A stretch of DNA of 64,000 nucleotides from Lepidodermella squamata (lineage: Eukaryota; Animalia; Gastrotricha). The first letter of the stretch is position 1; each line of letters starts with the position of its first letter. The translations under genes and the position numbers were made by a program. Below are positions 38,843 to 51,348 of the stretch, in pieces. The stretch spans positions 62,001 through 126,000 of the forward strand of contig JBLDXI010000066.1 of NCBI GenBank assembly GCA_047495785.1. The letters run 5' to 3'. The notes beneath the pieces are model-generated. The model was given only the letters and a program-made list of their open reading frames with translations, was not told the origin of the DNA and searched no databases.

Positions 38843-39440
38843 TTTTTCTAGGGCTTCAAAAGCCGAAAAGTGGTGCCAATCGGCTGTGGTCTATCATTTC
38901 CGTGTACGATTGTGATAAGCGGGCCTCAAGTAGGTGAAATTGATAACAAACACGGGTGCATTTCTCGTGTTGCCATCATCCATGAGTGTCGCGTTTAATG
39001 TTTGCTTTTCACTGCTAAAAAGGAGAATGAACTCGCTCGCATAATCCTGTTTATTTAAGCTGTTTGATTAAAGCTTGAAAATGTCGCCAACCGCTGAAGA
39101 TATTGTTACTAAGGAATTCGATCAATATCTGCGAATGAATTCAAGCCGATAAGGTTTCCAGGAAACCAATCCAACTTTCATCAAGTCCAACCATTTTTTA
39201 CGTCACATGACGTAACTTAAACGATGAAAAGGCTTCGTGTAAACCAGCGCCCAGAATGCAGGGTAAAACTTTTTTGACGACATTGACGAAGAATGACCAG
39301 AAATTGTTATAAGTATTTCGCCGAACAATAAACCAAACCGTGAGAACAATGAAAAAAAATTGTTATAAGTGCTAGTGCGCAGCTTCAGGTGATGAGAGGT
39401 TTTCATCCAGGTGTGATGCCCTGGATCGAAAAGATTTGCC

Positions 39441-39446
39441 TATAAA
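39441..39446 (+). promoter_or_regulatory. TATA box of protease 1
   Basis: gcctataaattgcgctactg ~40 bp upstream of the ATG, conserved upstream of protease 2 (~46532); ctatataa upstream of protease 3. Confidence 0.6.
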
Positions 39447-39482
39447 TTGCGCTACTGGTCCAAGCTGCATTCAGCTTGTAAA

Positions 39483-40720
39483 ATGGTGGCTAGATTCTTT
39501 ATTGCTGTATTAATTTTCGCGGCGGTCGCTTTAGCCGACCCTGTTCCAGATGACGATGAGTTCGGCGACGAAAATGAATCGCCCGACTGGAAGAATTGGA
39601 AAAAAACCTTTGCTAGTCGGCCGGACGACAAGTTCAAGAGTAAGGCTGATGACGACGAACACGAAAAGCGGTTCGAGGACCGGAAGAAGAAAATCGCCGA
39701 GTGGGACAAGGCTGCTGAGGATGGCGATGATGATGCTGACTACGAGCAAAACGAATTCTCGGATTGGACTGACGAAGAGCGTCAACAATTACGAGGCCAT
39801 GTTCCTATCGACAAGAAGGGTGCGAGCCAACCAGCTAATAACGGTACTCGGAAACGACGACAGGCCGAAGAGGGTCAACCGGATAGAGGAGGCGCTGTCA
39901 TAGCTCGAGTCGGCGATTACGAACCGAAAAATCCGCTGGCTGATACGGAGGACATTCCAGGCGCTATTGTCGATTGGCGTCGGAAGGGGAAACTGCCCGA
40001 GGTGAAACATCAGCATCAATGTGGAAGCTGCTACGCCTTTGCCTCAAACGCAGCTTTCGAAGCGCGAATCGCGATCAAGACCAACTCGAACCCCAGTCCA
40101 TTTTCTGAGCAAGAATTTGTCGACTGCGGTGGTAAAAAAGGCGCGAAACCTAATGCGGCTTGTGACGGCGGTAATATTGGAGACATGACGAAGTATTACC
40201 TCGCAAAGGCTGGCTACATCTCGGCTGTGGATTATCCCTACGACACTAAGCAGACGGAAGATTCTCCTCAGAAAGCCTGTGCAGCTCAGGAGACTCAACG
40301 GAAAGCTATTCCAAAGCTCAAAGGCTTTGCGCAAGCCACTGGGATAGCTGCGATTGAAGCGGCTGTTGCTAAGGGACCAGTCTATGCCGGATTTCACGCT
40401 ATGGACTCGTTCGACAACTACAATAAGGGTCTTCTTGATGACCCAAATTGCCCGACCAAGGCCAACCATGGAGTTACGATTGTTGGGTACGGAACGGAGC
40501 CGCAAACTAACAAAGACTTGTAAGCTTTCACGGCTGTGACTTACGTCCTATTAGTTATTAATTTTTTGTTTTCAGTTGGATTGCACGAAACAGCTACGGC
40601 AAAGCATGGGGATGGGGAGGATATTTCATCATCCGAAAAGGCGTAAATCGATGTGGAATTGAGGACAGCATTTTTTATCCTGTGTTTGACGATGAACCTG
40701 ATGAGGTCTTTGACATGTAA
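39483..40720 (+). CDS. Papain-family (C1A) cysteine protease 1 (exons 39483-40519, 40576-40720)
   Basis: Signal peptide, acidic I29-like propeptide (NEFSD), VDWR, QHQCGSCYAF, SEQEFVDC, NHGVTIVGYG, WIARNSYG..WG.GGY. Confidence 0.92.
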
Positions 40721-40891
40721 ATCACTCGTTAAAGGAAATGGAAAGATTGTTGCAAATGTTCTTACGCTTTTTTCTTGAAGCTTATGAATTCATGGGATCA
40801 ATTTGCGGTGTACAATTTATTGATAGTTGATTGATAGCTTACGTCGACTCAATAAAGATTATGTGTATGATCATTAAAAAGTCATGTCAAG

Positions 40892-43800
40892 CTAATCAAA
40901 GATATTGTATGCATTCAGCAGTAGATCAAGGTCAAGATTTGGGTTGTGAAAAACGCGAAAGTGAACGAAAGAGAAAAAGAAAAAGCTGATAATAATGAAG
41001 CAGCTATCGATTACGCGAACCAGCCCAATATGTCCTCTCACGAAGCGCGGCTGAGGCCTCAATTTCACAAGTGTATCGAAGAAAGATGCAGCCAGCCATA
41101 GAATCGATAAGTTGTAAATAGTAGCTGCAATAGAAAACCACGTCAAACTTTGAACCAGCTTGCCAAGAAGAGTATCATAAGGCTTTTTCGGAACTTCATT
41201 CAAAATCACACTTTGCATGACGGCCATCGTCAAAAGAACAGTAACCGAAAAAGCAGCACGATCTGGTACATCAGGTGGCATCATGAATAGGAACAAATTC
41301 AAAGAGGCAAGGGTCGATGAAGGGATTGCGAAGTTTCTGATGTAATACCGAGGATTTCTTGCCAGTTTGACAGTAAACTTGAACGTAGAAACGTAATAGC
41401 CCTTGTAAACAACTTGGCCTGTAGAATTGTTAGTGGAGACCAGCGTCCAACCGTCGCCTACTTGGGAATGATTGAAATTGAACAAAAGAGTTTTATCGTC
41501 TACTCGAACAATGTTACGGCCTTTTTCGAGCGAGAATTCGAAATCACACATTTGTACGTCGAATGGGAACAACTGAAGCGATAGTTCGCACTTTGCCTCA
41601 AATAATCCTTCCTTTTGCCAGTAAAAGTCAAATGTTCGGTTGATTGTTGGCACCTTGGAAGACATCATCATCGCATAGTCATCATTGATGATCATGTTCC
41701 GCATCTGAAGGTTGGAATTAGCAGCGGAGAGAAAGCGGATCTTGGGCCGCCACAGATTGTCGAGATTGTCGATGTAAACGGTCTCGAAATTCCTACCGGT
41801 TGGGAGAGCGGGGGAAGACAGCCATGGGCACGTATTCACTCGCCAGTAGAGCACCGTCAAAGCGTTAACTGTGATGATTTCACTAACTGTGTTGATTTCA
41901 TTCAGGCCAGTAACTTGAAAGCCAACTTTGATTTTCAGAGGCGAGTCGTAATCAGATACATTTTCAAAATTTCTGGGTGCATAGACTGAAATATTGAAAT
42001 GCCCGCAATTTCGCTGTATCGCAGTCATGTTATCAATATAGTCGAACATTGGGCCTTCAAAGAACGGTACCATTTGTTCAGCAATTGAGTTTCCACTTAC
42101 AAAAGTAGTTTGCTGCGAGAACTGTCGACCGCAAGCGTTGCTCAGATTGAAGACTTCATCGGCACCCAATATGGCGTTGTAGAAGTAGAAGCAAGCATAC
42201 TGGGTGTCAATATCGGCAATGATTGGCGCCGTGTAACCCGAATCGAGCAAGTCGTAGGCGACGCCTATTTCCATCGAAATGTAATCCATTGAGACGTCCG
42301 CGACCTTCAGCGGGAAATTCTCATCGCTGAAGATCAAACATTTGTGATATATACCTGTGAGAAAGATTATCAGGACGTCAAATCAACACATGCTTCTGTG
42401 AGCCAGTTCTTTTTCACAGTTGTTTTGGGTCGGCACATTTTCAGGCCCGCCTAAGTTTCCTCCCCGCGCGCGCTCCTATTGGCCAGCGTTTTATGCGCGC
42501 GATTGCGCAGCACGTGTGGGCGCGCGCACTCGGCGAGCACACAAAATCTCGAATTATAGCCAAATATATGTTTATAATTAAATTTGTCCGCGATCACGAT
42601 ATAGCACATCTGACAGAGCAGTAAAAACTGAATATTCATATTTAAAAATCATGTGGATTAGATTATTTTAAATTAAAATTAATGAATTGTTAGACTTGCA
42701 AAATTGCGCGCGCAAGTTAAAGTCGTGCCCGCACATGGTTTTAGTAATTAAAACCGCGCGCGGCAATTACAAAGGTTAACTTTCGAATTTCCCGGCGGTT
42801 TTTATATCTAAATGAAACTCATTAAATTTGGAATCGACTGAATATGGGGTTCTCGCTCGAAAAATGTAACGCGAATATTTTCTACGCGCGCGCACAAACT
42901 ACTAGTGCGTGCGCGCATTACTTTGCACGTTAAACATTTTCGCTTTACATTTTTCGAGCGAGAACCCCATATTCAGTCGATTCCAAATTTAATGAATTTC
43001 ATGTTGATATAAAAACCGCCGGGAAATTCGAAAGTTAACCTTTATTATTCATCGAGCGCGTGGCGGGCCAATCAGAGTACGCGCGTGGAGGAAACTTAAG
43101 CGGGCTTGAAAATGTGCGGTCGGGTCCCAACTTGCTTTTGTTTCAGACTTTCTGGACTTAGTTCATAGATAATATTAAAGATTGGGAGCTTAAGAACCTG
43201 CCATATAGAGTACTTTTAGGGTGCAAAGCCACGCTTTTGTGCGTTTTATTTGAGCCACGAGCGCATAGCTAATGACAATTTTAATTATATTTTTGAAAAA
43301 GGTCATTCTTCTAATTTATTGATGATCTTTGTAATTTGTAATCGAACAACTTTTTGTGCTCTCTCAAACAAGACCAGGCTCGCCTTCCCAGGACCTTTAC
43401 AAGGTCACCAAGATATTTGCGAAGTAGGTTAAAAATCAAGATGATCGAAATTTATCAATCAATCATCAATCATATCAATCATTTCGGAACGGTTGAATTG
43501 GTAAAAAATAATCAGATAATGCCAGTAAAAATTTCCAGTAAGATTAATTAGGACTTAGTACAGCGTGTCCCATAAGTTGCGCAACCATTTTTTAATTCGA
43601 AGTGCGCTTTCATACATATTTATGTATGAAATTTTTCCCTTTCATACATATTTATGTATGACAAAATTAACTTTCATACATATTTTTTTTCATAAAATCG
43701 TGTTTTTTAGCCAAACTGTGATTAGGAATTGGGGTTGGGGGTTAGGGTTAGGTGCCAGGGTTCGGGTTAGGGTTAGGGTTAGGTTTAGGGTTTGGTTAGG

Positions 43801-45547
43801 GTTCACGGTTAAGGTTTAGGGTTAGGGTAGTTCGAGTTTCGGGTTTCTACAAAGTTCGATTTTTGGGCCCTTGCGCTTCCCCAATAACCATTTTCATGCG
43901 GAAAAAATTGACTACGCTTTCGGAACCCCGTTTTTCCTTCACATAAACCGAAATCTAGTCATCTGGCATTTCCCTAATGTTTTCAGCTCGAATTTAATGA
44001 AAATAAATATGTATGAAAGTTAATTTTGTCATACATAAATATGTATGAAAGGTAAAAATTTCATACATATTTATGTATGAAAGTTGGCACCCTTTTTAAT
44101 TTGCAACTTTTTGTAGGAAATTCAACAAATTTTTGAAATTACATAAATCTATCGGGCGAATCTTACATCGGCGATTTTAAATTGAAGAATTTGCCGAAGA
44201 AACCCCGGAAAACCCCGAGCAAAGCGATAACTAACCTGACGATGATAGCTGTTGCTTGTAATATATCGCTTGCGAGTGTATAGAGCAGTTAGTCGAGTCA
44301 TTGTTTGAGGTAATGGCTATAAACATCCATGTTCCAGCGTGTTCAACAACAATACTATGTCTATCTCCGAATTTTGGTTGGAAATCCGTCATCGACTTTC
44401 CGTTCGATATTGGACGGAAAGAGAATTCAACAGAATCTTCTGATTTTTTCACGCAAAAAACTGTGAGGAACCCGATGAATGTAACGATTCCTCTTTTAGA
44501 AGGACATGTCGATTTCATGTAGAACGAAAAGGTGAAGCCCGAACGCGGCCTTGGAAGGTTGTCGTAGGCAACCAGCCCGCCGGAGCTATAACTCCAGTAT
44601 GTATAATTGCTCGAAATGCTACCCTGTCCGTAAGGCCCTTCAAATTTTGTCCGCTTCACGTTATAAGAGCTTGGCTGACGAGGTAAGATGGGGTTACCGG
44701 CCCCGTTCCAGCCTACTAGCTTGAAGTCGTAAGACAGCGGCCAAAATCCAATGAGATTCTCTCGCCGAGGAATGATTGTCAAATCCATTCGATCGATTTC
44801 GCCCATTTTTGCTTTCGCGGCATTGAGACACGGTTTGAGGAACAATGATTTCACCTCGCCTGCAGTTAAGGCGGTCTTGTATAACGTGACACATGAAACT
44901 GTGTACTCCACTACGTCATCAACAGACCTGTGCAACCATTCATCTTGTTTCCCGATTATAAATTCTTTCCGGGTGTCTTTGACGTAGAGTTTTGCCTCAA
45001 CAGTGTAATTTTGAATATGTAACGTCTGATCATATGTTTTCATTCGGTGGAATACAGCCTTGTTAGACGTCTTGTGATACGTTAAAGCCACCATAGTTAT
45101 ATCATCTTTCCTAAGACTCGATTCAGCATCATCATCATTCTCAGGATGGTACCAACTGTTGGCCCCTGTTCTCAAGAAAATACCAGATTTCATCATTTCA
45201 AATATGCCCTCAAACTCGACCGAGCCGAATTTGTAGCCAGTGTGTACCGAAACCGTGAAAGAACTCGGAATTTCGGGTACCAAATAACTCGCGATTCTGG
45301 TACCAGTAATCAGCTCGTAGTATCCCGTATTTACGACGTTGTTCCGGCGAAATATAGCTGTGCTGTTTGTCGGCAGCGGATGAAGCTCTTCGTTTGTTCC
45401 TGTGTATCCAGTAAGACCCGAATATGCGTCCATCGGCCAGAATGCGATGAGTTTGTCCAAGCGTGGCAACTCAATCTTCGAAACATCCAAGCAGGTAGCC
45501 GCCGATACAACTAAACAGTTTAACAGGAGAATACGCCCGCACTGCAT
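40892..45547 (-). CDS. Cys-loop pentameric ligand-gated ion channel subunit with two N-terminal LamG/ConA-like repeats (exons 45547-44236, 42354-40892)
   Basis: Exon 2 has WRPKI, Cys-loop CELSLQLFPFDVQMC, RNPRYY and M1-M4. Exon 1 has a signal peptide and repeats starting LIAFWPMD and LIGFWPLS. The phase-1 donor (G|GTTAG) matches the phase-1 acceptor (cacag|GT), and repeat 2 is completed in exon 2. Confidence 0.8.
42433..43117. mobile_element. TIR element with 5-bp TSD carrying an internal family-C palindrome (intronic)
   Basis: gcacattttcaggcccgcctaagtttcctcc ... ggaggaaacttaagcgggcttgaaaatgtgc; TSD ggtcg at 42428-42432 and 43118-43122; inner inverted repeat at 42770-43043. Confidence 0.8.
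43598..44092. mobile_element. Foldback/Mutator-like MITE with internal (TTAGGG)n, inserted in a Tc1-like MITE
   Basis: Inverted arms of ttcatacatatttatgtatga units; 9-bp direct repeat tttttaatt on both sides; flanks rejoin to a sequence similar to 53284-53450. Confidence 0.7.
43731..43828 (+). repeat. Degenerate interstitial telomere-like (GGGTTA)n tract
   Basis: gggttagggttagg... for ~95 bp. Confidence 0.9.
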
Positions 45548-46004
45548 TGCTATATCAACGTGAATATTTGTCAGCGAAATTCTGATTTATAAAAATTAAA
45601 TAAAAATAAAAATTACAGATGACAGCGTAGACAGTAGGTATCTATGTAAATGTAAAAAATTTATATCTCCGACCATCTGGGAATTTGATTTCCTGTATCG
45701 ACGAACCCGACAGTTATCTTGCACAAGGTATTAATCAATCAACTCCAATGAAAAGGAGGAGTAACAATACTTGTGAGGTGGAATTATTTGCACGCAAAAT
45801 CGATGGTTAAAAATCCAGTTGCTGTTAAAGCATGTGTACCTGTAGCTTGTAGCTAGTCAGTGCGACACGCCCCGGAAAAGCTTAAAATTCGAAACTTATT
45901 TTCTCAATGAAATCACTCCAATCTGTCATGCGGCAGTGTATTTTAGGGGCGAGCTTTTTACCTTGACAAAGCGTAGTGATCGTTCCAAATGTACGTTCTG
46001 ATAT

Positions 46005-46200
46005 TATATCGTTAGCGACGTTGAATAACTCGGATTTAGGCTTGTTTACAGCTGGTTAAAGGGCGCGGGTGAAAAGTAAAAAGCGGCGTTTTTAACGTGT
46101 ATCAATAGGCAAAATAAAATACTTTTTAATTGTCACCTATCACCTTAAAATGGAAGTAAACAAGCCTAAATCCGAGTTATTCAACGTCGCTAACGATATA
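46005..46200. mobile_element. MITE family A (best-preserved copy)
   Basis: ~45-bp TIR tatatcgttagcgacgttgaataactcggatttaggcttgtttac and its reverse complement. Confidence 0.85.
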
Positions 46201-46576
46201 TCACCACTGTATTGCCTTTTTATCCATCGACCCTTTGAAATAATAACAAATACTTCCAGGAAATTATACAAATCAGAATTTGATTTTTTTATCATGGTCA
46301 ATCAAGTCCGGAATGAAGAAGCTAAAATATTTACGACGAATAAATTCAACTAGCAGAAATTTTAGTATTTTGCCGCAAAAAAATACGTGAGAACGATGCG
46401 TAAAAGCTTGTTGGAAGTGGAGAGTGCTCATGCCTTTGGCTTGTGCACGACAAGAAAAAATGTCAAAACGCGTAGTTAGAAGCATGTAGTATTTAACTCA
46501 GGTGTGAATCCCTGGATGAAAAAAATCCGCCTATAAATTGCGCTACTGACTCGAGCTGGAACATCAGCTTGAAAAA

Positions 46577-47836
46577 ATGTTGGCTAAATTCTTTGTTGCT
46601 CTGTTGATTCTCGCGGCGGTCGCTTTTGCTGACCCTATTCCAGATGAAGATGAGTTCGGCGACGAAAATGAATCACCAGAATGGAAGAACTGGAAAAAGA
46701 CCTTTGCTAGTCGGCCAGACGACAAGTTCAAGAGCAAGGCCGATGACGACGAGCACGAAAAGCGGTTCGAGGAGCGGAAGAAGAAAATCGCCGAGTGGGA
46801 CAAGGCTGCAGAGGAAGGTGATGACGACGCTGATTACGATCAGAACGAATTCTCGGACTGGAGTGAAGAAGAGCGGCAACAATTACGTGGTCTACGTCCG
46901 ATTGGCCAGGCACCGGCTGCGCCCAGTAATAATAACGAAGAAGGGACCACTACTACTACTACTGATAGCGGCTCCCGTAAACGGCGTCAGGCCGAGGCTG
47001 GGCGCGAAGGCGCTGTCGTAGCTCGAGTTGGCGACTACGAAGCGAAAAATCCTCTGGCGGATACCGAGGACATTCCAGGCGCCATTGTCGATTGGCGGCG
47101 AAAGGGAAAACTCCCAGCGCCGAAACATCAGCACCAGTGCGGCAGTTGCTACGCCTTCGCTGCTAATGCCGCTTTCGAGGCCCGAGTCGCGATTAAGACG
47201 AACACGAACCCCAGCCCTTTTTCTGAGCAGGAATTTGTCGACTGCGGTGGTAAAAAAGGCGCGAAACCTAATGCAGCGTGTGACGGAGGTCATATGCAAG
47301 ATATGACGAAGTATTACCTCGCAAAGGCTGGCTACATCTCAGCCGTGGATTATCCCTACGACACTAAGCAAACGGAAAATTCCCCTCAGAAGGCCTGTGC
47401 AGCTCAGGAGACTCAACGCAAATATATCCCAAAGCTCAAAGGCTACGCTCAAGCCACTGGGGTAGCTGCTATTGAAGCTGCTGTTGCTAAAGGGCCAGTC
47501 TTCGCCGGATTTAACGCTATGGACTCGTTCGATAGCTACAATAAGGGCGTTCTTGACGACCCCAAGTGTCCGACTAATGGCAACCACGCAGTTACAATTG
47601 TTGGGTACGGAACTGAGCCTAAAACTAACAAAGACTTGTAAGTTTTCAAAGCTGTGATTTCCGTCCTGGTTTCTCATTTTTTTATTTTCAGTTGGATTGC
47701 GAGAAACAGCTACGGCAAGGCATGGGGCTGGGGAGGATATTTCCTGATACGGAAAGGCATAAATCGATGTGGAATTGAGGACACCATTTTCTACCCTGTG
47801 TTTGACGATGAACCCGATGAGGTTTTCAGCATGTAA
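46577..47836 (+). CDS. Papain-family cysteine protease 2 (exons 46577-47637, 47691-47836)
   Basis: Close paralog of protease 1; QCGSCYAF, NHAVTIVGYG, RNSYG. Confidence 0.92.
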
Positions 47837-48520
47837 TCGAAGCATAAATAAAACTCAACAAGCATTTTCGATGCCAGATTTTGTGTTGCGCAATTCTGAT
47901 TAAGGTCTTGACAAATGACTGCGAGAAATCGAAATTAAAAAGGCCTCAAGCAACAAAGATCCTGTTAACATCGTTTTACCTCTTTTCACCAGATTTCAAA
48001 AATAAAGATCAGTAATTTTAACAGGTTTTGAGCTACCGGAAAGGCGTTTCTGTAACTGCATTCGTTATTCCACAAGCTATTTAATTTTTGTCCAGATTAT
48101 CGGTCGAAAATTGCCCGTAATTTCAGCGTTTCTTATGTTTCCGGCGTATTTTTCTCCAATTTGCCGTTGACCGTCATTTATACCTTCCAGCACAAACCTA
48201 CGCGCGTATAACAATGAAACAAGAACTATGTTGCCGTAAGGGTAATAATGGTTGTAAATAGTGATGTAATGAAGGCTTGCCATCATGCCGCTTGTTGCCT
48301 CAAAAAATTGCCACGCTTCTCACGATTACAGCATTCTACTATGTTTGAAAGTATTTTTTGTCAAATTCTTGGCAGTTTGAAATGGCCACCCACTTGACAC
48401 GGGATCGGAAAAAATGCCAATTTGCATTGTTTCTCTCGCCCTGGTGCGAATGGCCTGGACACGTTACCTGCCCTATATAACCAGCAGCCGGGCTGAAGCC
48501 AGAGCATCCATTGCCTCAAC

Positions 48521-50030
48521 ATGCAGCTCAAGTTGGCTTTTCTACTCCTTGGCGCCGTCCTTCTCGGCGTAGCCCTTGCAGACCCGATACCGGCGGATGA
48601 TGACGAGTTCGGTGACGAGAACGAATCACCGCAGTGGAAGAATTGGAAGAAGAAGTTTGCCAGCAAACCTGGCGACAAGTTCAAAAGCAAAGCGGATGAC
48701 GACGAGCACGAACGACGCTTCCAGGAGATGATGAAGCTCATCGAGCAGTGGGATAAAGAAGCGGCCGATGGTGAGGATGACGCGGATTACGAGCCGAACG
48801 AATTCTCCGACTGGAGCGATGATGAGCGGGCGGAACTTCGAGGATTCAAGCCGAAAGGCAGCCAGACTGCCGGGAACAAAACTTCGACAAGAGGCCGCCG
48901 CCAGGCTGAGGAAGAACGCGGCCCGGTTGTAGCGCCAACCGGCGACTACGAATCTGCAAATCCGCTGGCTGATACCGAGGACATACCCGGGGCGATTGTT
49001 GACTGGCGTAGACAGGGTAAAGTGGCTCCGGTGAAGCATCAACACCAATGCGGCAGTTGCTTCGTCTTCGCTTCGAACGCTGCTATCGAAAGCCGGATAG
49101 CTATCAAGAGCGCCTCGGCCGCTCCGTCCTTCTCCGAGCAGGAATACATTGACTGCTATCCGAAATCTGGCGAGAAGCCGAACCCTGGTTGCGATGGCGG
49201 CTATTTCGAAGAGATCGTCGACTACTACAAGGCCAAGGGTGGCTACATCTCAGACAGCGATTTGCCCTATGCAACAGAGCAGACGGAGAACAATGCTAAG
49301 CGGCAGTGTTCGGTTCAGGCCAGCCAACGCAAGCCTATTCCGAAGCTGAAGGGCTATGCAAAGGCGAATAATGTAGCAGAGATGGAAAAAGCTCTCGAAA
49401 AGGGCCCGATCTACATCGGATTCCAGGCTATTAAAGCGTTCGACTCTTACAACAAGGGCATTCACGACCCGCCAAACTGCCCGCTGACCGGTAAAGATGG
49501 CCATGCTGTTACTGCTGTTGGCTATGGCAAAGACCCGACAAGTGGGAAAGAATTGTAAGTTATATTTGCTTTTTTTTTCCTTTGAATTTAAAATTCATGA
49601 AATGCAAATTTTTTTAACAAAATTTTGAATTTTCATACCTATTTAAAATTTAAAGTTTTCTAAATTTTCAAAATGTTAGAGGTATTTTTTATTTTTTTCA
49701 CTTTTTGTTCAAAATATTTTATTAATTAATTTAATTATCTTCTATTTAAAAAAGTCAATTATTGAATTTTATTTTTTGCTCAGCTGGATCCTGCGCAACA
49801 GTTATGGCAAAGGATGGGGCTGGGGCGGTTATTTTCTCATGCGAAAGGGTGTTAACCGTTGCGGCGTCGAGGATCAGGCTTACTACCCTGTTTTTGATGA
49901 TGAACCCGAGCCTGTAATGGGCGGTGATCAGGGTGATCAGGGCCAGGGCGGTCAGGAAATGGTCATCGAACGAGTCCCGGTCCCTGCCGACGGCGGCGAT
50001 CAACAGCAAGAAGCGGGTCCTGGCCAGTAA
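48521..50030 (+). CDS. Papain-family cysteine protease 3 (exons 48521-49554, ~49785-50030)
   Basis: QCGSCFVF, GHAVTAVGYG, WILRNSYG; Gly/Gln/Asp-rich C-terminal tail. Confidence 0.92.
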
Positions 50031-51348
50031 TGGAACAATCACTCTCAATAGAACAGCTATATAGCTAATTTCGTTCTTATACACTTGAGCATTAAAATAA
50101 TAAATGTGAGAGATAAGGATAATTTATCGGCCATTTATAGAGTTGTTTACTCGAGTTGCACCTGAAATCACTATTGGAGACTGTGATATACAAGCGAGTA
50201 TTCACTCCGCATACATACATATACTCAATTCAATACATGGCACTTTTTATTGACGGGTGAAAAGCCGCTCGCTTTGTGCAATATCCGCAGCATTTTTCTC
50301 GTAAATAATACAGCATACAGCAAAAATTTTTAGATACATTCAATCGATTCGAATGCTGCATGCCCTGTATCATGGCAGGCGAAAATAATTTTTCTGATGC
50401 AGACTAAATTTAATAGCATCCTATTCGCCTCTTATAGCTCATTCCTAACATTGGATCCTATAGGAAACCAGGTTTTCAACAAAATTATGGCGCCAAACGT
50501 CAAAAAGCCCAAATAGTTCATTTTAGTGAATCACCACCATGATAGTATAGGGCGATGAAGGAAATTATTTCAATGTTTTCAGAGAAAAAACGAATTATTT
50601 CTTACAAAAACCTCGACGATGAGACGAATTTTTGTATTTTGCTGAAAATTTAAAAATCTGTCCTGAATTTTTATCTAAATTAGACTCTATTATTCAAAGT
50701 GCGACTTTAAGACACATGAATATGCAAATGAGCGTCTAAAATTACGCGCTAAATTTTCCATTGTTTGGATATATAAAATTTTGTTAAAAATCAAAAATCA
50801 GGCGAAACTAGAAAAATTCTCAAAATATTTTTTTTAAATTTCAGAATTTTTGAAACAAAATCTGACACTGACATAAAAAAGCGTTGCCAATGAAGCGCTA
50901 ATTTTCCGCATGAATGAATAACGTCGCTGTGTGTATAACCGGTTGCGCATATAATATTATCATTGTTATTACATATTATTATTATTGTTATTTGACCAAC
51001 TGCCACATTTCATTATTATTATGGTCATGTAGTTGTAGTAATAATAGTAGTGCCGTGGTGAAAAATAACACAACGGCCGTTCCTAACGCTTTATTTATTC
51101 GCTGTTTACGCATATAGGCAGCGGATTCCTCTTCAGACGCCACTACGACACAGTCAGTAGCTATATAGTATGTACACAGGCAGAGGCATATAGGCTAGAA
51201 TACCAGTACTAACTCAGCATATTAGATTCACACAGGATTCGCCCCTATATACTTCCTGTTATTAAATAACTACAGCAGCAATAGCTTCTATACAAGCGAT
51301 TTTCCTCGTTAATTTTTTTAGGAAATTCTGCCTTAAAAAAATAAAAAA

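Noticed and set aside
43731-43828. Chromosome-fusion scar or Arg-Val repeat protein
   Set aside because: The tract is short, single-orientation and enclosed in a TIR element; the ORF merely translates the repeat.
44231-45547. Stand-alone 438-aa secreted protein
   Set aside because: Its stop lies inside a GTTAG donor and its second repeat is incomplete; better explained as exon 1 of the channel gene.
39452-49504. Numerous antisense ORFs over the protease genes
   Set aside because: Shadows of codon bias on the opposite strand.
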